From NCBI RefSeq assembly GCF_001194135.2, contig NC_068999.1, forward strand, positions 2,490,046-2,554,045: DNA of 64,000 nt. The letters run 5' to 3'. Shown piece by piece: positions 25,280 to 36,100 of the stretch. The stretch's first letter is position 1, and each line of letters opens with the position of its first letter. The notes below the pieces were generated by a model. The model worked only from the letters and a program-made list of their open reading frames with translations, had not been told where the DNA came from and made no database searches. Source of the stretch: Octopus bimaculoides (Eukaryota). A program made the translations under genes and the position numbers.

Positions 25280-27921
25280 TAACGTATGCTTTTCATTTTG
25301 GCATGGGTTGGACGATTTGACTGAGGACTGGCAAACCAAATGGCTGCACCAGGCTCCAATCTCATCTAGCAGAGTTTCTACAGCTGGATGCCCTTCCTAA
25401 CGCTAACCACTCCAAGAGTGTAGTGAGTGCTTTTATGTGCCAGTCAGGCAGTACTGGCAACGGCCATGCTCAAATGGTGTTTTTTATGTGCCATCTGCAC
25501 AGGAGCCAGTCCAACGGCACTGGCAATGACCTCGCTCGAATACTTTTTCACATGCCACCAGCACAAGTACCAGTAAGGCGATGCTGGTAATGATCATGCT
25601 CGAATGGTGCTTTTTATGTGCCGCCTGCCTGTGCTGGATCAGGCTAATGGTCAAAGATTTCCTAACATGGTCATCCTGTCTCTTCATCAGGCCCACAGTA
25701 CATAGGGATTTGAGAGCAATTTTGGTTGCTATTCCTTGTAGGTCAGATGACTGTGTGTAGGGTTTGTCCATGGCTCGTGTGCAATTGTATATATTTTACT
25801 TAGTGATTCATCCATCACTACTTCAGCAATTATGGGGAAGACTATGTTTTGCTGAAGAGGTCAGAATAAGCCAGAAACATGCCCAGAGTTGTGTCTCCAG
25901 TACTTTTACTCAGGTAAGTTAGTATTAACATATTTAATGCATGGAGCAATAAAAAAGCTAATTATGACAAAATATGCAGTGATCAAACAATGATATTAAT
26001 GGCTAATATTATTTTCATGTTTCCATTAAATACATTAGACCACATGGGTTATGTCTCATCAGCAAAGCATAAACTTTACCATTTTTACCAAAGTAATGAC
26101 TGAAGGATCACTGAGTAAATTTATGCAATTGTACATTTATTAATATAGGAAAATAGAATTTTGTTTTGTTTCAAACATGTTTGCATCTGTTTTTCCATGC
26201 TAGACCAGGTTAGATAGATATAGTACTGAAGCATTGTTTTTTCAGCCAGGTACTCTTTGTTCTTTCTATAATCCTTACTTGTTGTTGAGCAAGGGATCTC
26301 TTATTTCTACATTGCTTCAGCAAATAATGTGTTAATAGGGGAAATGAAAACAATGTCACTGCTTCTAGCTCAGGGATTTTTGCAGAGAACAAATGTAAAC
26401 AAACACACAGACAAATATATATATATACAGGTGCAGGCATGGCTGTGTAGTAAGAAGTTTGCTTCCTAACCACATGGTTCCAGGTTCAGTCTTACTGCGT
26501 GACTCCTTGGCCAAGTATCTTCTATAGCCTTGAGCAGACCGATGCTTTGTGAGTGGATTTGGTAGACGGAAACTGAAAGAAGCCCATCGTATATAATGTG
26601 TGTGTGAGTGTGTTGTCTTTGTGCTTATGTTTGTTCCCTACCACTACTTGACAGCTGGTGCTGGTTTGTTTACATCCCTGTAACTTAGTGGTTCTGCAAC
26701 CTTTTGAATTAAGAGAGTTGTGTTGATGTGTTGGTTGAGCTACCAATGCACACACCCAACAATGCATGACTTGTGTTCCTTGTGTCACAGAACGACATCA
26801 GGTCTGTTAGGTTTGTTCCGAATTGCTGTTTTTATTGGAGTGTTCCACCAGTATTCCTTGTTTTTTAAGGTGTGAATAACTACTGGCTCTGGTATTCCTT
26901 TGGTAGAAACGTCAGGTGACGAGCTGGCAGAAACGTTAGCGCGCCTGGTGAAATGTTTAGCGGTATTTCGTCTGCTGTTACGTTCTGAGTTCAAATTCTG
27001 CCAAGGTCGACTTTGCTTTTCATCCTTCCGGGGTCGATAAATTAAGTACCAGTTACACACTGGGGTCGATGTAATTGACTTAATCCCTTTGTCTGTCCTT
27101 GTTTGTCCCCTCTATGTTTAGCCCCTTGTGGGCAATAAAGAAATAAGAAATGTCAGGGCAATCCTTCCTGCCGATAACATTGTAAATAATCTTTGCAACA
27201 ACTATATCATGCCTCAGGGGCAGACAGTATGATATGGATGTATGCATGCATATGAATGATGGGCTTCTTTCAGTTTCCTACCTAATCCACTCACAAGGCT
27301 CTCCCAACCCAGAATTAAAACAAAGAATACAATCCACTTATTTCTTTATATTGTTATCTTTGTAAGATAAAATCAACATTGACTCGTTATCACTCGTTAT
27401 CGTCATTTCTGTAAAGGTGATGTAAGTCATTTCTGCTGATTCATTGCTCTTGGTTTCATTTTCTATCATCATCATCATCATCATCACCATCATCGGCAGT
27501 GGCAGCGATAATAATAATAATAATAATAATAATCCTTTCTACTATAGACACAAGGAATTTGGGGGGAGGGGGAGGGGTCTAGTTGATTACATTGACCCCA
27601 GTGCATAACTGATACTTAATAATAATAATGATAATAATAATTTAACAATCTTTCTGTTTCCTGGATGTGTATATCGTTTTTTTTTGCTTTTGTTTTTACT
27701 TCCAGGGAACCCATTTGGACCCTTCTGGGATGGCCTAGGTGTTGATTTTGATGCCAACATGCCTTACACAGTCACTTACCAATTACCAGAACTATGGAAA
27801 GAAATGTAACTATATTTCTAACGACTGTTTATTCTTATCTTAATCGAGGCACACACAGCTATGCTTCCTTTTCTTTTCTCCAACTACTTGGTTGCTCATA
27901 AGTTTCGCTCCTACTTTATTA

Positions 27922-27972
<51 letters not shown>

Positions 27973-30900
27973 TGTAGCTGCTAGAACAAGAATAACCTGG
28001 GCAAAGTTCAGTGAGCTCCTACCTCTGCTGGTAACGAGGACAGCTGTGTGAAAAAGTGTCACACCTAACAGTTGAGGGAACCTGTGGAAGAGGTAAACCC
28101 TGTAAGACCTGAGATTTACTTCTTATTACTAGCAAGTCAAACATATTGTTGTTATTTAGCCCTAGGTCAATCCTGATCAAGCACATTGACAATAAGCTGA
28201 TGACTAAGTTTGATCTATAGGTCATGTCTTCTTTTCTCTTGTATTTGTATCAAACATATTCACTTATTCGAAGCCTTTCACATTCATATTATTCTGTCAA
28301 GGATGCTATGAATGGCCCCTAATGGGAAATGGCAGCAACACACAACAAATGAGTGCCTTTCTGGAGACCTACCAAAAGTTAACGAGAAGATCAGGCAAAG
28401 ATGGCTGCAACTGTCTGGTCACTGCATGTGCCACGTGCCACCCTGAACTGGAAGCACCCAGATTAGTTTTGTGGGACCCACTTCATGGTGATGTAAGAAG
28501 AGGAAAACATGGTCACACTTACATCAACGACTTCATTGCAGAAACTGGCCTGCAATGTCTCCAGGACATCAAGGTAGTGATAATGGACTGGGTGGGCTTT
28601 GTTGCTGTGGCCCAGGCTGGAACCCAGCCATAATAATAATTATTCTCATTGTTTTGTTTTAATCATGCATTATCTTGTTGCTCTAAGATTTCGATGATGT
28701 GATTGTTTGTTTTTAGACTGACATTGTAGTATAGGTGTGAGAGGCCAGATCTGGCCAGTTTAAACAAAAAACTGGTAGAATATTTGGGCCTGATATGGCC
28801 AGTTTAAATGCAAAAGGGTTAAAGAGAGTAGCAATGTTTCGAGGAGACTTCACTACTACTTCTAGCATGTTGAGTGACCACATAAAAGCTCCTTATGTGT
28901 AATTATGATATTTTGTTTATTTATTGTGTATGTTTTATTTCCCCCCCCACTTATTTAAAGGTACCCGTCATCTAAATACCCAGTGGTTGCCATGCGTGGA
29001 GCCCCTTCCAGTTTCCCCGTAGCAGAGCAGTATGTTTCTTTACACAAATATCTTTATTGGTCTGATGCCATTGAAGCACGGGTCAACGATTACATCGAAG
29101 ATACATTTGAAGGAAAAGACTTCATTGGGATTCACTTACGGAATGGTGTAGATTGGGTGAGTGATGGAACTTGCTTCACCATTTAATGTCTCTTCACAAC
29201 AACAACAACAATGTTCGTTTGAGTATGTCGTTCTTCTTCATCTTCTTCACCTTCTCCTTCTTCATCTTTTCTTCTTTCTTTTCTCCATTTTTGTCTTTCT
29301 TCTTTATTTCCTTTTCCTCTTCCTCCTTCATCTTTGTTTTCGTTCTCTTTCATTTTTTCTTCTCCTCCCTCTCCTCCATATTCTTTCTTCTCCTTAAACC
29401 AGTATGTGTGTGTGTCAGGGCGTGTAATAAGAGCAGTCCTTGTGTGTAATATTTTTCAAAAAAAATTCTATGGTCAGGGGTACAAAAGGAAGCCTTTCTG
29501 TAAAGATGTGTGTATTACTGTTTTCATGACTGAATTATTAATACTAATGTTAATTATGGTAATTTTTAATTTTACTTAGGTGAACGCCTGTGCTAATGTT
29601 GATAAATACAAGATGACATCTTACATGGCGTCACCTCAGTGTCTCGGCTACAGAGGAAATCGCTTAGTGACGCACCAAATTTGTCTCCCTTCTGCTGATG
29701 AAGTCATTAGGTACAGTCAGCCGACTTTTTCTCTTATTGGAAACACATGCACACACCCACACACAATCTCCCACCACACACACACATAAGTATGCATGCA
29801 CCACTGCACACAAGTGTGTATATATATGTACCATAACATATGTATGTATCAACACATGATCTTGTGCACATACTACTACACACACATGCACATACACATA
29901 TGCACATACACACACACACGTGTGTGTATGCATGCATACACACAAATGTGTGTATATATATATATATATGTACATATACATTGTTGTTGTTGGCACTCCG
30001 TCGGTTACGACGACGAGGGTTCTAGTTGATCCGATCAAAGGAACAGTCTGCTCATGAAATGAACGTGCAAGTGGCTGAGCATTCCACATGAGGAAATATT
30101 ACCTTGCTTGGAGAGACAAATGAGAGTTGTTAACAGGAAAGGCATCCAGCCATAAAAAGTTTGCCTCAACAAATTCTGTTTGACCCTGTGAAAAGATGGA
30201 AAAGTGGACACTAATAAATGATGATGATGATGAACAATAAAGTTATACCTTGCCCTACTTTAAACATGCATTTAACAAAACAAAAAAAACCTGTATGAAT
30301 CACTTAAACGATGTCTAATTTCCTGTTTTCAATTCTTAGAACTCAAAGACTTTGCTTATATCTTGTCATAAGGCTCATTATATCTCTTGTATTTCTTATC
30401 CTATCTGTCTGTAGATGATAAAAATAGCTCTGTTTAATTTATTTACAACAGAAAAAAAAAAAACTGAAGAACAAAGCAAGTGAATTTAAGAAGTCTTTTA
30501 TTGTGGTCTTTTTTTTTACGTCTTTATTTCAGATTAACGAAAACCATTGTTACTGAAACTGGCATCAACATTATCTTTGTTGCTACTGATAAAGACCCCA
30601 TGATTGAAGTATTAGAGCAACAACTGAAAGCACAAAAGGCAAGTATTATATATAGTTAGGCAAGGTAGGCAGTGCCTACCTGAATAAAATAGATTCGAAA
30701 GCAACATTTTCCTTTTATGGCAAAATATGCACCTAATTCAATATAATTTGGAAGGTTACTCTGATTATTACGCATAAAATGCAAAATGTTTTATATTTTC
30801 ATAGATTAGGTAGGCATAATTCGTCCCTGCTTTTCAATCTCAGTATTTAAGCAATGCACAGTAACTGCTGTAGTACACGTGCTGTGTACACTCCAACAAC

Positions 30901-31302
30901 ATGTTCTGTATGTGATATAAAGGCAGAAGTGTTAAATTCATGTGGTGAATAAACTGTCGTTTAAATTATGCAAAAATGAAAATAACACTGATGTCTCATT
31001 TTAACACAACATTCTTCTCATTTTTCTCTTTTCTTTCCCTTTTTGTTTGTTTCTTTTTTTCTTTCTTTCCTGTCCCTCTTCCTTTCTTTCCTTATTTCTC
31101 TTTCTTTAAATTTCAACTTTTTTTTCTCTTCCCGAAACAGGTGCAAGTATTCCATCTAGATCCATGGTTACCACAACTGGATCTTGCAATCCTGGAGAAA
31201 TCAAAACATTTTATCGGAAACTGTATTTCTTCCTTTTCCTCATTTGTTGCTCGGGCCCGACTGCGAGAAAACGCACCAACATCCTACTGGGGTTTCAGTT
31301 AA
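19499..31302 (+). CDS. POFUT1: GDP-fucose protein O-fucosyltransferase 1, whole gene, 8 coding exons, 388 aa
   Basis: Exons 19499-19697, 21796-21890, 24057-24234, 27706-27805, 28961-29156, 29580-29710, 30533-30638 and 31141-31302 join in phase to 1167 nt. Family motifs present: [64 protein letters not shown]. Confidence 0.96.
20790..21480 (-). mobile_element. Decayed RTE-1-like LINE fragment
   Basis: LFNNTILP... / ...[11 protein letters not shown] segments in shifted frames. The 21370-21430 block is shared with 44790-44850. Confidence 0.55.
21796..21890 (+). CDS. POFUT1: POFUT1 exon 2 ([12 protein letters not shown]...LPPWRTY)
   Basis: Acceptor ttttcaag|, donor |gtaag, conserved GRFGNQ. Confidence 0.95.
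22465..24023 (+). mobile_element. Young 5'-truncated RTE LINE in POFUT1 intron 2, spanning a gap
   Basis: Open RT frame [12 protein letters not shown]...[10 protein letters not shown] up to the gap; 3' UTR about 98% identical to 17181-17390; (GAT)n tail. Confidence 0.92.
24057..24234 (+). CDS. POFUT1: POFUT1 exon 3 (KNIPFDEWF...DCRMKE)
   Basis: Acceptor tcacag|, donor |gtaagt, phases 0 to 1. Confidence 0.95.
24465..24880 (-). mobile_element. Probable decayed Penelope-like element 3' region
   Basis: A/C-rich minus strand with KCRSYN...[11 protein letters not shown] pattern, ending in (AAT)n; weak similarity only. Confidence 0.4.
25240..25640 (-). repeat. RTE 3' UTR with internal minisatellite units and (GAT)n tail
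   Basis: Units GTGGCAC(A/G)TAAAAAGCACC...GAGC as in 56294-56540. Confidence 0.8.
27706..27805 (+). CDS. POFUT1: POFUT1 exon 4 (GNPFGPFWD...WKE)
   Basis: Acceptor ttccag|, donor |gtaact, phases 1 to 2. Confidence 0.95.
28300..28630 (+). mobile_element. LINE 3' ORF remnant (RTE-like)
   Basis: [21 protein letters not shown]...TYIND pattern followed by an (AAT)n tail. Confidence 0.55.
28640..28818. mobile_element. piggyBac-like MITE end
   Basis: Ends AAAGGG|TTAA (28819-28822) with internal repeated CTGGCCAGTTTAAA / ATGGCCAGTTTAAA; the other end was not found. Confidence 0.5.
28961..29156 (+). CDS. POFUT1: POFUT1 exon 5 ([15 protein letters not shown]...[10 protein letters not shown])
   Basis: Acceptor ttaaag|, donor |gtgagt; catalytic Arg in HLRNG. 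Confidence 0.95.
29580..29710 (+). CDS. POFUT1: POFUT1 exon 6 (VNACAN...MASPQCLGY...EVIR)
   Basis: Acceptor acttag|, donor |gtacag, phases 0 to 2. Confidence 0.94.
30533..30638 (+). CDS. POFUT1: POFUT1 exon 7 (LTKTIV...FVATDKDPM...KAQK), ending at a GC donor
   Basis: Acceptor tttcag|; donor AAG|gcaagt is the only in-phase option. Confidence 0.9.
31141..31302 (+). CDS. POFUT1: POFUT1 exon 8 (VQVFHLDPW...PTSYWGFS*)
   Basis: Acceptor aaacag|; conserved DLAIL..S.HFIGNC.SSF; stop TAA at 31300-31302. Confidence 0.93.
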   Translation: MQVFHLDPWLPQLDLAILEKSKHFIGNCISSFSSFVARARLRENAPTSYWGFS

Positions 31303-33027
31303 CCTTAGTTATCTATTTATACAACCACCCGTTGTGTCTTATTTGTTCATGTTTGTTTGTTTGTCTCTTGAGTGATGTTAAGCAAATTTGGTCCGTCACA
31401 TTGGAAGAAATGTCAAATTCTCTGAAAGCCAAAGCAGAAGATCAAATACCAGTGAAAACCAGATGGAATAATATTTGCACATCTGACGTTCTTGGATAAA
31501 GTTTTTTTATTTCTTNNNNNNNNNNNNNNNNNNNNNNNNNNNNNNNNNNNNNNNNNNNNNNNNNNNNNNNNNNNNNNNNNNNNNNNNNNNNNNNNNNNNN
31601 NNNNNNNNNNNNNNNNNNNNNNNNNNNNNNNNNNNNNNNNNNNNNNNNNNNNNNNNNNNNNNNNNNNNNNNNNNNNNNNNNNNNNTTTAAAAATTAAAAT
31701 TTTTTGTACATAATGTTCTTTTCTTTTTAATAAATAATTAAATAAATGAAAGCATTTCAGAAATGAAATCAAAGATGTTTGTAAGATTTCTTTGATTGAT
31801 GTGTTTGAACTCAGAACGTAAAGACAGACGAAATACCGCTAAGCATTTCCTCTGGTGTGCTAACGTTTCTTATTTCTTTATTGCCCACAAGGGGCTAAAC
31901 ATAGAGAGGACAGACAAAGGGTTTCTCTGATGCAATCTGCAATATCTTACGTGAATTTAGCTTTAACCCCAACGTCTTTAAAAAGCGAAGTGAATTCTGT
32001 TAGTGAAACTGGAGTTACCTCCCGTGGCTGAGAAAGGCGAGGATCAAATCTAGTTGTCTCCTTTCCATTGTCAGAAAATGGAAGAAATACTACGACCCGT
32101 TTCTTTTGAAATGGTCTGACAGAATTTGTTGAAGACAAACACTATCTCCCATACATGAACTACATAAAACATCCTTCTAAGAGTGTGTGACGAGAAATTT
32201 CGTCATCTCACGGATGACGTCGAATTTCAAAGAAATGAATCCGAAGTTGCCATCCTTAGTTGCACTTCTATCGGAATGGCTGTTAAGTAAGGCAAACTCT
32301 GAGGCACATTCCTCTTGAAGGGTGCAACGATTCTGACAGCTCGCTGCCTTACATTGCTATGAATATTAGTTTCAAATTTTGGAAGAAGGCCAGTAATTTC
32401 GGGCAAGTGGGTAAGATCAATCCCGGTGTTCAACTGGTACTTATTTTATTGGCCCTGAAAGTATAAAGTCGATCTCGGCGGAATTTGAACTCAGAATGTA
32501 AAGAGGTAGAAGAAATGCCACTACATATGTTGTATGCTTACAATTCTGCCTGCTTGCCGCTTTTACATTGCTGCTAATATTAATTTGAGGCAGAAGCGGT
32601 TACCGCATCGTTAGCATATCAGGCAAAATACTTAGCGGCATTTCGTTTGGTTTTATGTCCTAAGTTCAAATTCTGCCAAAGTCGACATTGCCTTTCATCC
32701 TTTAGGGGTCGATTAAAAAGTACCAGTTTGAACATTAAAGTCGATATAATCTACTTACCCGCTCTTATAAAAATTGCTGGCCTTGTGTCAACATTTGAGA
32801 ATATTATTAATTTCAAACATAATGATGATTGTATATAGTCTGCAGATCTTTAGAAATTCGAGAAACACATATTTCCTACAAGCAAACCTTACAAGGCTTG
32901 CAGACAAGTATTTATAACTCACTGAAAACTGCTATGTCGGGTGCTTTCAGCAAAGACACTGAACGTTGCTGGAACTTTTTTCTGTTGGGAACATCAATTA
33001 TATTGTCACCGTTACTAAGTTGTCTTA

Positions 33028-33198
33028 ATGGCGGCTCCCGGCAAACATCTATCGAATGCAACAGATTCTGAGACTGTTGCGAAAAAGAAATGTTTTCCTG
33101 GTCATTGGAGTCAGGGATTATTATCTTCCATGGAAAACCCTGAGTTACGTGTAGACAGTGACGACCAGGTTGTAGTTATAAAAGATAAATACCCAAAG
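33028..33198 (+). CDS. APTX: APTX exon 1
   Basis: ATG at 33028 with an in-frame upstream TAA at 33016; donor AAG|gttatt. Confidence 0.88.
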
Positions 33199-36100
33199 GT
33201 ATTATTTGGCCTTCCTACTCATTTGTGCCACGCACCGAGTTTCTTGCCGAATGACTTACAGAAAAATGGATATTTATTTATGAAAATTTCCACAAATACT
33301 TTTCAGATAGTGTAGATTCCGATATAATCGGAATCTGTTGTGAAAATTTTTTTTTCCGGGAGTGGAGAGAGGAGTTTCGGAAAATTCACCCGAGTCGGCT
33401 TTGTTTCCTCATAAGTTTCAGAAAAATGGGTATTTTTTAATGAGATTTTCTACAAATACTTTTCTGAGTGTATAAATTACGTTTATGTCGGATTTCGATG
33501 TGAAAAGAAAAATAGTGAGAACACAGGCATACATACTGACACATCGCGATTTTTTTCGAAATTTCAAGTTTCATTTTGTAGATATATATGACGAGTGTCT
33601 TATGTATGTGTACGAGTCCACCAAATCCTTTTTTTTTTCACATAAAATTCCGATGTAATCGTAATTTACACACTCTGAAAGGTATTTATAGAAAATTTCA
33701 TTGAAAATTAACCATTTTTGTGAAAGTTATGAATAAAGAAAACCGTCTCGTGTGGATTTTCCGAAACTGCTTGCCATATGCCTGGAATAGTTTTTTCTCC
33801 ACATCCTACGACGTAATTGAAATCTACACTGTCTGAAGCGTAGTTGTGGACCCGCAAAAATCTTATACGGACTCTCAGGGACCATTACACGAAAATTATT
33901 TTAGGAAGACTGAAATCATTTCTATAATTAATAAAACTACATTTTTAGGGGGGGGGGGGGTTTCTTCATTTTTTTTTATATATGGGTTTGCTAGTTTCTA
34001 TCATCATTTTATTTCCTTCTAGGCTAAATATCATTTCCTAGTTCTTCCAAAAATGAAGATTTCAAATTTGAAGTCTGTTACCAAAGATCATGTCAGTCTT
34101 CTCAAACATATGCATAAAATGGGAAGTAAGATGGCCAAAAGGTAAGTCTTAATTTTATTATGATTAAGAAATAAACTAATATTTATCAATCCTAAAGATT
34201 TAATGTCACTTACTTGAGACTTTCCATGATTATCGGAATCTACGAATGAGTGAGCTATCCAGATAAATCCAGAGAGAAACAGATATGGAAATATTGATAA
34301 AAGCAAAAGCCTTATAAATTGTGTATAACTGCAACTTCAATTGAAATTGAGATACTGACTTCATTCACCAGGAACTTAAACCAAGAACTCCATCGATTAT
34401 GATGAAGAGGGTTTCAGTTGGTGCAATCAATGGAAAATCCTGTTTGTTTAATTAACGTGCAAATGATTGAGTACTCCACAGACATGAATACCCTTAACTT
34501 AGATCTCGGGGAGATTCAGTGTGATACAGAATGTGACAAGGTCGGCTCTTTGGAAGACGGGTACAATTCATTTTTGCCAGCTGAGTGGACTGCAGCAAAG
34601 TGAAATAAAGTGTCTTGCTCAAGGACACAACACATTGATGGGAATCGAACTCACCACTTTACGAGTGTGAACTGAACGCCCTAACTGCTAAGTGCTGCAC
34701 CTTTGCAGAAACTTGTTTCCAATTTGACAACATTCCACTTGCATTACACAATATATATTGACACTTTATTATGGAAATTTTAAATATACCACATTTTATA
34801 AGCAAAGGAAACAAATGTTTGTGTACAATTTTCACAGGTGATTTCAGAATATAAGAATGATGTCTCTGAAAACTAAATATTTCACAGGTGATTTCAGAAT
34901 ATTTTAAAAGGCTGCACAATAGGAATGATGTCTCTGAAAACTAAATTTTCATTTTTTTACATCCATTTTTCTATGCTTGGAAAGCTGAGATCCTTTAGTA
35001 CACCCAATTTTTTTTTAATATAATTGGTGACCCTTCTCACCTTTATCCACTCAACCCAGGAGTAAGAGTGTCACCTCACTGATCAGTTTATTTGATCAAG
35101 GGATCTAATATAATTTTCTTGATTTGGTCTATTTCAGGAGTGATGAAAATCTTAAGTTTAAGATTGGATACCACAGCATCCCTAGCATGGGGTATGGTAC
35201 TATCAAACTTTTTTATTTCTATTTTAAATTTTTTGAAGCTTATAGCTTATTGTATTTTATAATAATAGTATGTAAAATGGCACAATCCCAGCAAACTAAT
35301 AAACATTTCCTGTGAGCTACTCTGAGCTACTTTTCTCATAATATAGTGTCAGTGAAATCTGAAACTCCTGTTATTTTAATACATACTCTCTGTTGCCAAA
35401 AACTTGGAGTATATCTTGACATAGAAGACCTCTGAGGTCAGTGACTCCAAATAAGAACTGATTTAGAGTGTAATGACCCATCCAACCCATGCCAGTATGG
35501 AAAAACAAACATACAAGTTTTAAGTTCCCAAGATATTGTAAAAGTGATTTTCAATGATCCTATATCCTGGCAGATGAAATAAAGATAATCCCATTGATAA
35601 ATACTCAAAGATTAGTTCTGTTTGGTGTAATAATTTATTATTCTATTTCTGTCTGAATACACAAATGTAAGAAATTTCTCAATTTAGTCTCATATTTAAC
35701 TATAACAAACATTGTTAATAAAAAGAAGTACCACTCATGACTGTACTTCATTTTTCCAGCCAGCTCCATCTTCATGTGATCAGTGAAGACTTTTGCAGTC
35801 CATGTTTAAAAACTAAGAAACATTGGAATTCTTTCACAACAAGTTATTTCATAGACTCAATGGGTGAGTATATTTATTGTACTAAATCAATATTTTATTA
35901 CTTTAAAAGGTAATGTCTTACTTAAAAATATCCTGATTCAGTTATATGTAAACAGATAGCTTTTCTTTGCATTCGCAAAAAATGTAATAAAGCAAAAAAA
36001 AAAAGAAAAAAAACAACAAAACAAGTGAGTAAATTATGTTTAAAAGTATTACGTAGTGCAAAAATAATAATCCCTATCTAATAGAATTAAGTTTTCAAAG

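Noticed and set aside
35760-35780. APTX HIT triad reads QLHLH instead of HxHxH
   Set aside because: From recalled sequences, the first position varies among aprataxin orthologs (for example Asn in fission yeast Hnt3); the catalytic second His and the third His are intact.
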